DNA of 64,000 nt from an uncultured Balneola sp. (GCA_963975485.1 CAXBHO010000002.1:14257-78256), one strand, 5' to 3'. Positions 42,244 through 51,852 are shown, counted from the stretch's first letter. Program-made: numbers and translations. The notes: a model not told the origin generated them from the sequence alone.

Positions 42244-44049
42244 TCAGGCTTTTGCCGGTACTTCTTTTCCTTTGTTCAGCGTTTTATTGATGTATAACTG
42301 CTGTGCTATTGAGAGCACGTTAAAGATCAAATAGTACAAACTTAATCCGGATGCAAAGCTGTTAAAAATGAATAACAGCATTACCGGGAAAATATACTGA
42401 AGAACTTTCATTTGCTGAGCCATCGGGTTGCTACCTCCACCGCCACCACTCATGCCGCCCGTAAGTTTACTCTGAAAGATCATCGCAATAGACATCAACA
42501 GTACAAAGCCACCAATTGCATCACCTAAGAAAGGAATTGTAAAAGGAAGGTTAATAATATAGTCGGGCGCAGAAAGATCGCTTGCCCATAAAAACTCTTC
42601 CTGACGAAGTAGAATAGAATTTTGGAAAAATCTCCACAGCGTAATCAAGATCGGGAACTGAAGCAGGTTCGGCAAACAACCACCTAAAGGATTTACTTTG
42701 TTCTTTTTGTAAATCTTCATGGTTTCTTGTTGCTGTTTCTGCGGATTGTCTTTGTACTTATCCTGAATCTCTTTAAGCTGTGGCTGTAGGTCTTTCATCG
42801 CTGCCATACTCTTGTAGCTCTTAAAAGTAAGAGGGGAGAGCACAAGCTTTACAGAAGTCGCAAAAATAATAACAAGAATACCGTAATTACTTATAAAGCC
42901 ACTAAAGAAGGTGAAAAACGGAATTACTATAAACCTGACAAACGGATCAGAGAAAAATCGAAGCCAATTATATCCAACTTCCACCATATCATAAGCATGT
43001 TCATCCACTTTTTTGATATCATAATACTTGAGCGGACCTACAAATAACTTGTAAGAAAGAACGCCATCGTCCGGAATGGAAGAAGTAATGGAGGCAGTGT
43101 ATTTGTGTTTTGTGAGCGGGTCGTCCATTTCGCCGGTAACTTCTCCGGTTAAAAAAGCACTTTCTGTTTGGTGAAGTGGTTTAATGAACTGAGTAAAAAA
43201 TTTAGTTCGGGTCGCCGTCCAGTCAATATTGCCATTGAATGTTTCTTCTTTTCGACCGGGTTCATCTAATTTAAACTTCTCCAATTCATCGCCAAGATAT
43301 ACATAAGCTGCGGCATCAATACCTTCTTGTTTTTTATCTTTTTCAGATGAATTCAGCTTTGAATTCCAGCCAAAATCGACAGCTCTTCCAACGATGTAAT
43401 CACTTACACCGATGAATTCTACATTGAGATCGATCTCATAAGTGTCCCCAATAAATGTATAGGTATAAACGATCTGGCGACCATCGCTTAACTGAAGCGC
43501 ATAAGACAACTCTTTGGATTCGCCTTCGCCAAGGGTAAGAAAAGTGCCTCGGTTGATCTGCGTGAAAAATAGATTTTGAGTATCTACATTATAGTTTTCA
43601 GTGGTTAAGAACCCGAAATTGTATGCAGATTTAGTAGAATCTGATATTAGTTGGTAAGGAACTCCCGCCCACGTGTCATACTCAGAAAAAGTGAAAGAAA
43701 TGGGGCCTGCACCTTTGTTCGAAAAAACGACGGTGTAAAGGGGAGTTGTTACTGTAAACTCTAACTGTTCCGTTTCTTCAGAACCGGAAAAAATCCCGGT
43801 TTGAGGAGTAACAGATTCCTGAGACTGGTTTTCTTTAATTGTTGATTCCGGGCGAGCTTGCTGGATATCAGTAACACCTACAGATGTGTTTAATTCAGCT
43901 TCAGCAGCTTCAATTTGTGCCAAGCTGTCCTGGCGAGCACGTTCTGCAATTTGAGCAGCTCGTTCTTCTTCGCTAGGCATGCTCACAACAAACCAAGCTA
44001 CCATAAGTAAAAAAATCAATCCAATTCCGGTTGCAGTATTTTTATCCAA
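42244..44049 (-). CDS. yidC: Membrane protein insertase YidC
   Basis: 601 aa with a large periplasmic P1 domain. The C-terminal 60-kDa IMP core has KMAAMKDLQPQLKEIQDKYKDNPQKQQQETMKIYKKNKVNPLGGCLP. Confidence 0.93.
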   Translation of the reverse strand: MDKNTATGIGLIFLLMVAWFVVSMPSEEERAAQIAERARQDSLAQIEAAEAELNTSVGVTDIQQARPESTIKENQSQESVTPQTGIFSGSEETEQLEFTVTTPLYTVVFSNKGAGPISFTFSEYDTWAGVPYQLISDSTKSAYNFGFLTTENYNVDTQNLFFTQINRGTFLTLGEGESKELSYALQLSDGRQIVYTYTFIGDTYEIDLNVEFIGVSDYIVGRAVDFGWNSKLNSSEKDKKQEGIDAAAYVYLGDELEKFKLDEPGRKEETFNGNIDWTATRTKFFTQFIKPLHQTESAFLTGEVTGEMDDPLTKHKYTASITSSIPDDGVLSYKLFVGPLKYYDIKKVDEHAYDMVEVGYNWLRFFSDPFVRFIVIPFFTFFSGFISNYGILVIIFATSVKLVLSPLTFKSYKSMAAMKDLQPQLKEIQDKYKDNPQKQQQETMKIYKKNKVNPLGGCLPNLLQFPILITLWRFFQNSILLRQEEFLWASDLSAPDYIINLPFTIPFLGDAIGGFVLLMSIAMIFQSKLTGGMSGGGGGSNPMAQQMKVLQYIFPVMLLFIFNSFASGLSLYYLIFNVLSIAQQLYINKTLNKGKEVPAKA

Positions 44050-44069
44050 AAGTCAGCATTTTAAGAAAG

Positions 44070-44501
44070 TTATTTTGTAGATAGCAGTCGATTACGAAGC
44101 TCATCCAGCATAGTTACTATGTGTTTTTGAACCTCAGCAAAATCGAGGTTTGTAGTACGAGCAATTAAGACGCAGTGTACACCAATGCTCAAATCTTTAA
44201 CTGTGTCAATGATCTGATGTTGATTGAGGCGAAAAGATTCCCTCATAAGTCTTTTAGCATGATTTCGCTTGATAGCGTTGCCCGTTTTTTTGGGAGAAAT
44301 AAATCCAATTTTAAAAACCTCTTGCGAGGTAATAAACGTAGTATAGCGAAGATTCACCGTTGGTGATTGAATGAGCGAAGACCCGGAAAATAAATTCTGG
44401 AAATTTCGCCTACCACGCAAGATTCGAGATTTAGGTAAGGTAAATCTACGAGTTGGAGCAACAGTTATGTTACTTGGCTCCTTTGCGCTCATCACTAACA
44501 C
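44070..44501 (-). CDS. rnpA: Ribonuclease P protein component
   Basis: Basic protein of about 140 aa with a [18 protein letters not shown] motif. Conserved rpmH-rnpA-yidC order. The start is uncertain (ATG at 44501 or 44492). Confidence 0.85.
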   Translation of the reverse strand: MLVMSAKEPSNITVAPTRRFTLPKSRILRGRRNFQNLFSGSSLIQSPTVNLRYTTFITSQEVFKIGFISPKKTGNAIKRNHAKRLMRESFRLNQHQIIDTVKDLSIGVHCVLIARTTNLDFAEVQKHIVTMLDELRNRLLSTK

Positions 44502-44628
44502 TTAGTTTGCTACGACCTTTGGCGCGACGTCCTGCAATTATTCTGCGTCCGTTTTTTGTAGCCATACGCTCTCTAAAGCCATGCTTGTTCTTGCGTTTTC
44601 TATTACTTGGTTGAAATGTACGTTTCAT
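44470..44628 (-). CDS. rpmH: 50S ribosomal protein L34
   Basis: Not in the ORF track because it is under 60 aa. Manual translation gives [52 protein letters not shown] (52 aa). Confidence 0.9.
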   Translation of the reverse strand: MKRTFQPSNRKRKNKHGFRERMATKNGRRIIAGRRAKGRSKLSVSDERKGAK

Positions 44629-44776
44629 GAATTTGGATGTTTTATGCGTTCAATTCGTATCCGAAAAAGGCTTTAAATATAAAGATTATATCATAAAATC
44701 TTAACTATTATTTTGATTAATATTTTGATGCATATCCTATCATGAACTAGTCAAAAATTTGTCGCATCTTTAGATT

Positions 44777-45598
44777 ATGAGCAACTCAAAACAAAGAGAA
44801 TTCAGAACTAAACTTCATGAAGTAATATTTGAAGCAGACACAGTTACAGGGAAGATTTTTGATCTCTTTTTGATGGTAAGTATTGTTGCAAGCGTTGTGA
44901 TTGTGGCGTTAGATAGTGTTGCTGATCTTAGATTGGAATACGGTAAGCTTTTCATAAAACTGGAATGGGCCTTTACCCTCTTGTTTACCATAGAATATGT
45001 TCTGAGAATCATATCGGTTCAACGAGCTAGAGGATATATCTTTAGTTTTTTCGGATTGGTAGATTTCTTTTCTATTCTTCCAACTTATTTAAGTTTACTG
45101 ATACCGGGAAGTCAGTATTTCTTGGTAATAAGAATCGTTAGAGTACTTAGAGTTTTTAGGGTATTGAAATTTACTCAGTATTTGGTAGAAGTTGACCAAC
45201 TTCGCAAGGCGATGAGATCTTCTCGCCGCAAGATCACCGTATTTGTATTTACAGTAGTTACGATAGCGGTAATAGTGGGTTCGTTGATGTATGTGATCGA
45301 AGGTCCTGAGCATGGATTTACGAGCATACCACGGGGTATCTATTGGGCTATTGTAACCTTAACAACGGTAGGTTATGGCGATATATCACCGGCCACGCCA
45401 ATCGGGCAAATGTTTTCTGTGCTAATCATGATTTTTGGCTATGGAGTGATTGCCGTGCCAACAGGAATTGTAACGGTAGAGTTGGGAAAAGCGAGTTCAA
45501 AAAGTAGTTCTACTCAGGTTTGTCCATTTTGCTCAAGAGAAGGTCACGATCCGGACGCTACTTACTGCAAGTATTGTGGAAATGAGCTTAATCCTTAG
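44777..45598 (+). CDS. Voltage-gated-type K+ channel (6TM) with C-terminal zinc-ribbon
   Basis: 273 aa. S4-like RIVRVLRVFRVLKF, selectivity filter TTVGYGD, C-terminal CPFC-x13-CKYC. Confidence 0.85.
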   Translation: MSNSKQREFRTKLHEVIFEADTVTGKIFDLFLMVSIVASVVIVALDSVADLRLEYGKLFIKLEWAFTLLFTIEYVLRIISVQRARGYIFSFFGLVDFFSILPTYLSLLIPGSQYFLVIRIVRVLRVFRVLKFTQYLVEVDQLRKAMRSSRRKITVFVFTVVTIAVIVGSLMYVIEGPEHGFTSIPRGIYWAIVTLTTVGYGDISPATPIGQMFSVLIMIFGYGVIAVPTGIVTVELGKASSKSSSTQVCPFCSREGHDPDATYCKYCGNELNP

Positions 45599-45828
45599 CC
45601 CGCATATCTCACCACCTTTTTTTAACGTTCTAAGCTGAGTTCCCACAAAGTGATGCCCTCGGCATAACTCAGGTTGTTACGGACGTGATTAATCACGTCC
45701 GTAACAACCTGAGTTCATTTCTACACACTGTTTCAGATGGTGTTCTCGTTAAAAATCACCGTGGGCTGCGTTGGAGCTACAACCGACTTGCCCAAGGCAA
45801 TTTTTAACTTCGTGAGATATGCGGGTTA
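45597..45828. mobile_element. MITE-like 232-bp element with terminal inverted repeats
   Basis: CCCGCATATCTCAC (45599..45612) matches its reverse complement GTGAGATATGCGGG (45812..45825). The interior holds a REP-like hairpin and a 50-bp perfect palindrome and has no ORF. Confidence 0.45.
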
Positions 45829-46061
45829 GTTACAAAATCTGCCTTTATTGTTCATTTACAAACGATCTTTGGTATTGATATGAATAAAGGCGAACTTTAG
45901 GGAGCAAGTTAAAGGTCAGGTATCGGCATTTCTTTAGTACAGTATTTGTTTTCCCTTCTCTAGTTTGTAAACACAATTAATTTATCACAGCCGAAAAAGT
46001 TAACAATTCACGTTTGTGAATTATTCTGTACATGTGAGCAATATTTATATTTTTATTTATA

Positions 46062-46271
46062 ATGGAATACGGTAAAGTAAAATGGTTCGATGCTGAAAAA
46101 GGTTTCGGATTCATCGCACCAGAAAGTGGAAGCAAAGATGTTTTCATGCATAGAAACAACATCGAGAACCTTGGTTTTAACGAAGGTATCAAAGATGGTG
46201 AATCTGTAGAATTTAAAATTGAAGAAACTGATAAAGGACTTAGCGCAGTTGATGTGTACGTTCTTGAATGA
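46062..46271 (+). CDS. Cold-shock protein (CspA family)
   Basis: 69 aa with RNP1 KGFGFI and RNP2 VFMH. A long upstream untranslated region is present. Confidence 0.93.
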   Translation: MEYGKVKWFDAEKGFGFIAPESGSKDVFMHRNNIENLGFNEGIKDGESVEFKIEETDKGLSAVDVYVLE

Positions 46272-46292
46272 TCAGCAATTCAATAATTTTCA

Positions 46293-46328
46293 AAGCTCGA
46301 TTTCGAAAGAAATCGAGCTTTTTTTTTG
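46293..46328 (+). terminator. Rho-independent terminator after the cold-shock gene
   Basis: AGCTCGATTT-cgaaag-AAATCGAGCT followed by T9. Confidence 0.8.
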
Positions 46329-46339
46329 TTGGCTATTAG

Positions 46340-47170
46340 ATTGAATTTCCATCTAGTGTAGCGTCATCTATGAATTGTCGTAGCTCTGTTAACCTGAGTT
46401 CGAAAAGCTGTGTCAAATTTATTGGAAGGAGGAACAGATCGATGAACTCAATGCTTGGCTGAAAGTGAGAAATTTAATTCCGCTTGAATCAAACTGCAAA
46501 ATTGATCGAGTTGTAAGAAATGAAAACGTCCATAAGCCAGACAAGGGGTTGCAACCCCTTGTCTGGCTTGAGAAGGTGGCGTTATTTTTAGCCTAAGTTA
46601 GAAGCTGCCGAGGGCATCATTTTGTAGGAACTCAGGGTGTTAGGTTTTTCCTCCTATTTTTTCAAGGTAAGCTTTTGACTCTATATTTATTGATAGTCAA
46701 ACATATCAGGTGTTTTACGACATTTGAATATTGACTTTCCAACTAGTCGCCCATACGGCGGTCATGAATATCCTTCCGGTGTAGTGTTAGTCATGAATTG
46801 TCGTAGCTCTGTTAACCTGAATTAGAAAAGCTGTGTCAAATTTATTGGAAGGAGGAACAGATCGATGAACTCAATGCTTGGCTGAAAGTGAGAAATTTAA
46901 TTCCGCTTGAATCAAACTGCAAAATTGATCGAGTTGTAAGAAATGAAAACGTCCATAAGCCAGACAAGGGGTTGCAACCCCTTGTCTGGCTTGAGAAGGT
47001 GGCGTTATTTTTAGCCTAAGTTAGAAGCTGCCGAGGGCATCATTTTGTAGGAACTCAGGGTGTTAGGTTTTTCCTCCTATTTTTTCAAGGTAAGCTTTTG
47101 ACTCTATATTTATTGATAGTCAAACATATCAGGTGTTTTACGACATTTGAATATTGACTTTCCAACTAGT
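46340..47170. repeat. Tandem direct repeat, 423-bp period, about 2 copies
   Basis: 46370..46747 and 46793..47170 differ at only 2 positions (GAGTTC vs GAATTA). A third junction begins at 47171. Confidence 0.92.
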
Positions 47171-47524
47171 GTCAAGTCAATGTTCATTTGTCGGTTAAAA
47201 GCTATCGGATAGCCTGTTCATTGACTATTTGAAAAGGTGAATAAGAAAAAACACCATCCATCACCCCGTTTCTCACCCACATTACAACGTTTCCAAATTT
47301 GAAGGAAACGAAATGATGGATTCCTGCCCATATCATTCATCAGACGAACTCAAGGCGCCGGAAGAAGAGTAGAATTCGGTTGACCACTGAACCTGATTTA
47401 TTGGTTAGAATCAGGACAAGACTGTATGAACTCTGTCTCCTTTGGAAGGGAGATTTTGTAGCCGTTGAGGCACACTGTCTCAACAGGAGATTTGCATTCC
47501 TTGCATTAACTCTAAAAGTAAAAT

Positions 47525-47968
47525 CTACCCCGGGTATCCACTTCCACTGGTTATGTAATCCCGTAAGGAATCAATTTCATTTTTTTGATGTTCGATCACG
47601 GATTTTACCACATCACCGATCGAAATAACTCCAACCAGTTTTCCTTCACCCAGCACAGGAAGATGGCGAATTCTTTTGTCCGTCATAAGTTGCATACATA
47701 GGTTCACGGAATCGTCAGGGGTAACACACACTACTTTATCCGACATAATATCTTTTACCGAAGTAGTTCTGGAAGCTCTTCCTTTCAAAATCACTTTATT
47801 CCGATAATCTCTCTCTGAAATAATTCCTTGAAGAGACTCATTACTCATAACCACTAGCGCTCCAATGTCCAGTTCAGCCATCTTTTCGATTGCTTCGTAC
47901 ACGGTATTATCAGGAGTTACAGAATAGATTTCTGTTCCTTTTTTCTGAAGAAGATTCTTAACAAGCAT
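47525..47968 (-). CDS. CBS domain pair protein
   Basis: Two CBS motifs. ATG at 47968 follows a GGAGG SD (MLVKNLLQKKG...). The ORF-track start at 48028 adds 20 unlikely residues. Confidence 0.85.
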   Translation of the reverse strand: MLVKNLLQKKGTEIYSVTPDNTVYEAIEKMAELDIGALVVMSNESLQGIISERDYRNKVILKGRASRTTSVKDIMSDKVVCVTPDDSVNLCMQLMTDKRIRHLPVLGEGKLVGVISIGDVVKSVIEHQKNEIDSLRDYITSGSGYPG

Positions 47969-48238
47969 AATTGCCTCCAATAAATTGTTTGTATAGGTAT
48001 AATTAAACAGATGTGATGAATTTTGCAAATAAATAGAGATTAATATTCTCTTTTTTATCCTATTATTTCGATCTGCCGGCTAGCGGAAAGAAATCTAAAG
48101 AATCTTATTTAAGCAAATCTTTATATTTTTCATTTCTTTCAGAGGATTCAAAATGACAAATAATCAAATGAATATTCATCATTCCCTCGCATTTGCCGTA
48201 TATTAGCCTTTCATCAAGACCTCCATTTCAATTCATTC

Positions 48239-50125
48239 ATGACGTACCTTTCTACAGAAAATCTGGGTAAAAAATACGGGCTTAAACTTTTATTTGAAAA
48301 CCTGACCTTCGGCATCTCAAAAGGCGATAAAACGGCACTCATTGCTCAAAATGGAGTGGGTAAATCAACGTTGCTGAAAATATTAGCCGGAGAAGAAACT
48401 CCGGATTCCGGGAAAGTTATGGCTCGAAACGGCATAAAAATAAGTATGCTGGAACAGGAACCGGAACTTGACGACAGCATGACCATCAATCAATTCATCG
48501 CTCATGGTGAGAATGAAATGGTGAAGGTGGTTCAGCAATATGATAAAGCGGTAGCGGCTCAGGCAGAAAACTATAATGAGAAAACTCAGGAAGCTTTCGA
48601 TAAAGCTCTGGCAAAAATGGACGTTGCCAATGCGTGGGATTATGAGCAAAGATTGCATCAGATATTAAGCGTATTAAATATTCATGATCTAGATCAGCCA
48701 ATAAGTTCACTTTCGGGTGGCCAGCGAAAACGTGTAGCTCTGGCTTTTGTATTATTGGATGACCCTGATCTACTGATTTTGGATGAGCCTACCAATCATC
48801 TGGACGTAGAAATGATCGAGTGGCTGGAAGCGTATCTAACCAAAAGCACAATGACTTTACTCATGGTAACGCATGATAGATATTTTCTGGATCGTGTTTG
48901 TAATCATATTTTAGAGATCGAAGATGGTCAGCTTTACCATCACAGGGGGAATTACGCATATTTCCTTCAGAAAAAAGCAGAACGAGAAGAAGTTTACGCT
49001 ACTGAAATTGCCAAAGCAGGCAGGTTAATGAAGAAAGAGCAAGAATGGATGCGCCGGCAACCGAAAGCTCGTACTACTAAATCGAAGTCCAGAATAGATG
49101 CTTTTTATAAAACCGAAAAAAAAGCAAAATCCGGAAAAGTAAAACAGGAAGTAAAGCTGGAAGTGGACATGTCTCGAATCGGCGGACAAGTTCTGGAGCT
49201 CAAAAAAGTAAACAAGAGCTTTGATGATATCGTGATCCTGAATGATTTCGATTACTCTTTCAATAAAGGAGAACGAATTGGAATTATTGGGAGAAATGGA
49301 GTGGGCAAAAGTACGTTTTTAAAAATTATTACCGGAGAAGAACCCGTTGACTCCGGGGAAGTAAACACTGGTCAGACTATTGTGTATGGCCATTACAAAC
49401 AATCCGGCATTGAGATCAAAGAGAAAGAGCGTGTAATTGATGTGATCAAAGAAATTGCTGAAGTCATTGTTTTGGCTAACGGAGATACGATTTCAGTTTC
49501 TCAGTTCCTGGAGCATTTTATGTTTGATTCGAAAATGCAATATACTCTCGTTTCAAAATTGAGTGGTGGTGAGAAACGTCGCCTTGGGTTGATGATGGTC
49601 TTGATCAAGAACCCAAACTTCCTGATACTGGATGAGCCAACGAACGATTTTGATCTCATCACGCTGGAAAAACTGGAAGATTTCCTTTCCAATTTCGGAG
49701 GTTGTCTGATTATCGTATCTCATGATAGATATTTCATGGATAATTTAGTAGAGCATTTCTTTGTGTTTGAAGGTGATGGCGTCGTTAATGATTTTAATGG
49801 CACTTATTCAGAGTATCGAGCACAACAAACAGAACTTGAAAATGAACAGAAAAAAGATTCGGGCAAGAAGTCTGCTTCTGATCATCCAAAACCTTCTAAC
49901 TCAGATCCCGACAAACTCAGTTTTAACGAAAAGAAAGAATATCAAAAGTTAGAGAAGGAAATTGTAGAACTGGAGAAGAAGCAGTCAGCACTGGAAAGGC
50001 AAATGAGTAACAGTGCGTTGGATTACAAAAAGATTGCAGAGCTTTCCGAAACTTTTTCAGATATTAAGGGTGATATCGAAAAAAAAGAACTCCGCTGGCT
50101 GGAGTTAGCAGAACGAACGGATTGA
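48239..50125 (+). CDS. ABC-F family ATPase (two ABC domains, no TM domain)
   Basis: 628 aa. Walker A GQNGVGKST and GRNGVGKST, signatures LSGGQRKR and LSGGEKRR, charged linker and coiled-coil C-terminus. Confidence 0.9.
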   Translation: MTYLSTENLGKKYGLKLLFENLTFGISKGDKTALIAQNGVGKSTLLKILAGEETPDSGKVMARNGIKISMLEQEPELDDSMTINQFIAHGENEMVKVVQQYDKAVAAQAENYNEKTQEAFDKALAKMDVANAWDYEQRLHQILSVLNIHDLDQPISSLSGGQRKRVALAFVLLDDPDLLILDEPTNHLDVEMIEWLEAYLTKSTMTLLMVTHDRYFLDRVCNHILEIEDGQLYHHRGNYAYFLQKKAEREEVYATEIAKAGRLMKKEQEWMRRQPKARTTKSKSRIDAFYKTEKKAKSGKVKQEVKLEVDMSRIGGQVLELKKVNKSFDDIVILNDFDYSFNKGERIGIIGRNGVGKSTFLKIITGEEPVDSGEVNTGQTIVYGHYKQSGIEIKEKERVIDVIKEIAEVIVLANGDTISVSQFLEHFMFDSKMQYTLVSKLSGGEKRRLGLMMVLIKNPNFLILDEPTNDFDLITLEKLEDFLSNFGGCLIIVSHDRYFMDNLVEHFFVFEGDGVVNDFNGTYSEYRAQQTELENEQKKDSGKKSASDHPKPSNSDPDKLSFNEKKEYQKLEKEIVELEKKQSALERQMSNSALDYKKIAELSETFSDIKGDIEKKELRWLELAERTD

Positions 50126-50223
50126 CTCCTGACTCCTGACTCCTGAAAATATAACAACTAGCTCTTTTACAAATAATGTTCTTTCTTTAGCTCATATTAT
50201 TTCAAACAACCAACCCCTCGCTT

Positions 50224-51774
50224 TTGAGCATTAAAGAAAAATTTGCTGATTCAGCCATCAGAAAAAGAATTGTTCAGGGATTTATCCTGACTTTCATAAT
50301 TTCTATCATTGCCGTCTATTTCTCGGATGGCTTCATTCAGGAAAATGGTCATTTTGGGTTTTGGTCGATCACTCCTCCTCTTCTCGCAATTTTCCTCGCA
50401 TTTTATACGGGAGAAGTTGCCAGTTCTTTATTCTTGGGTATTTGTTTGGGAGCTGTGATTTCCGGAAAACTGAATATCGTTCAGGATTTTCTTATTCCAT
50501 CTATCGGTACTGAAAGCTTTGCCTTAATTCTGTTGGTTTACCTTTGGGCGTTAGGTGGATTGATTGGAATCTGGACAAGAACCGGTGGCGCAGAGAAATT
50601 TGCACAGTGGGCGAGTGAGAAAATGGTGAAAGGACCCGTTTCTGCTAAATTATTTACTTGGTTCATGGGTATCGTTTTTCATCAGGGCGGAACAATTAGC
50701 ACCATTTTAACTGGAGCTACCGTTCGCCCTGTCTCAGATAAGCATAAGGTGTCACATGAAGAGCTTTCTTATATTGTAGACTCCACGGCATCTCCCATAG
50801 CTACACTCATTCCTTTTAATGTGTGGCCCATTTATGTAGCGGGTTTAGTGATTGGCACAAATGCCATTTTTGAAACTACTCAGGATGGAATCAGCTTTTT
50901 CCTTTCCGCAATACCTTTCAATTTTTATGCGATCTTTTCCATTATTCTGACTCTTCTTTTTGCGTGGGAGAAACTTCCATGGGTTCCCGGAAAACAAATG
51001 CGGGTAGCCATCAAGCGTTCCAGAGAAGAAGGTAAACTCGATCGTGACGGAGCCACACCAATGTCTGCTGATGAACTTACAGAACAGAAAATCCCGGAAG
51101 GTTACAAACCCGGATTGATTGATTTCTTTGGGCCGATCGGAACACTTCTTGGAGTAGCGATTATCCCTTTCTTCTACACCTTCTTTATTCTGGATATGGG
51201 AGATGATTCTTCGTTATTAATTGCTGAAGCTTTTGTACTGGCAGTTCTTGTCGGAATCGGAATTGCCATCGCAAAAGGTATGAAACTTCAGGATGTCATC
51301 GATGGCTTTGTAGATGGATGCAAAGGCGTAACTATTGGTGCAATCATTCTTGCTTTTGCCGTTACCCTCAAGGAAGTAGCTGATGCTGTTGGAACCGCCG
51401 CTTATGTGGTAAATATAGTTGGTGGAATTATAAATCCAATCATTCTACCGGGATTACTGATGGTTTTTTGCATGATCATCGCTTTTTCTACAGGAACTTC
51501 CTGGGGAACTTATGCGGTAGTTTTTCCGGTAGCCATTCCATTGGCTTGGGCGGTTGTTCCTGATCCGTTTTTCTTAACACTTTCCTTCTCTGCTGTAATT
51601 GGCGGTGCTGTTTTTGGAGATCAATGCTCACCGATTTCAGATACGACTATTCTATCCTCACTCGCCACCGGCTCCGATCTGATGGATCATGTTAAAACTC
51701 AGTTTCCTTTGGCTATCGTTGCCGGAAGCTTGGCTATTGTAATGTACTCTGCTTTGGTGTTTTTCTTTGTTTGA
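50224..51774 (+). CDS. Na+/H+ antiporter NhaC family protein
   Basis: 516 aa, polytopic, NhaC-like blocks (GGLIGIWTRTGGAEKFAQW, GDQCSPISDTTILSS). TTG start. Confidence 0.8.
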   Translation: MSIKEKFADSAIRKRIVQGFILTFIISIIAVYFSDGFIQENGHFGFWSITPPLLAIFLAFYTGEVASSLFLGICLGAVISGKLNIVQDFLIPSIGTESFALILLVYLWALGGLIGIWTRTGGAEKFAQWASEKMVKGPVSAKLFTWFMGIVFHQGGTISTILTGATVRPVSDKHKVSHEELSYIVDSTASPIATLIPFNVWPIYVAGLVIGTNAIFETTQDGISFFLSAIPFNFYAIFSIILTLLFAWEKLPWVPGKQMRVAIKRSREEGKLDRDGATPMSADELTEQKIPEGYKPGLIDFFGPIGTLLGVAIIPFFYTFFILDMGDDSSLLIAEAFVLAVLVGIGIAIAKGMKLQDVIDGFVDGCKGVTIGAIILAFAVTLKEVADAVGTAAYVVNIVGGIINPIILPGLLMVFCMIIAFSTGTSWGTYAVVFPVAIPLAWAVVPDPFFLTLSFSAVIGGAVFGDQCSPISDTTILSSLATGSDLMDHVKTQFPLAIVAGSLAIVMYSALVFFFV

Positions 51775-51852
51775 GATAGTAGCTCAGTGTTTGTAAAGAC
51801 TTAAAATATTAAGTTCTTACAGGCTAAATGTATGATAACTAACAATCAATAT

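Noticed and set aside
44470-44501. L34 with a 6-residue C-terminal extension overlapping rnpA by 32 nt
   Set aside because: It is probably a lineage-specific tail or a slightly mis-set rnpA start (ATG at 44492 is also possible). No programmed recoding signal is apparent.
46391-46591. 66-codon open frame inside the 423-bp unit (…EKLCQIYWKEEQIDELNAWLKVRNLIPLE…)
   Set aside because: It has no ATG/GTG/TTG start. It reads straight through a 36-nt perfect palindrome and ends in the REP-like element. It could be a relic of coding DNA, but it is not a credible present-day gene.
47380-47628. 82-aa plus-strand ORF
   Set aside because: It overlaps the 3' end of the well-supported CBS gene in antisense, and its upstream half lies in hairpin-rich non-coding DNA.
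50124-50146. Heptamer GACTCCT repeated three times at the ABC-F stop codon
   Set aside because: This is a very short microsatellite-like repeat with no evident function and was not seen elsewhere in the window.
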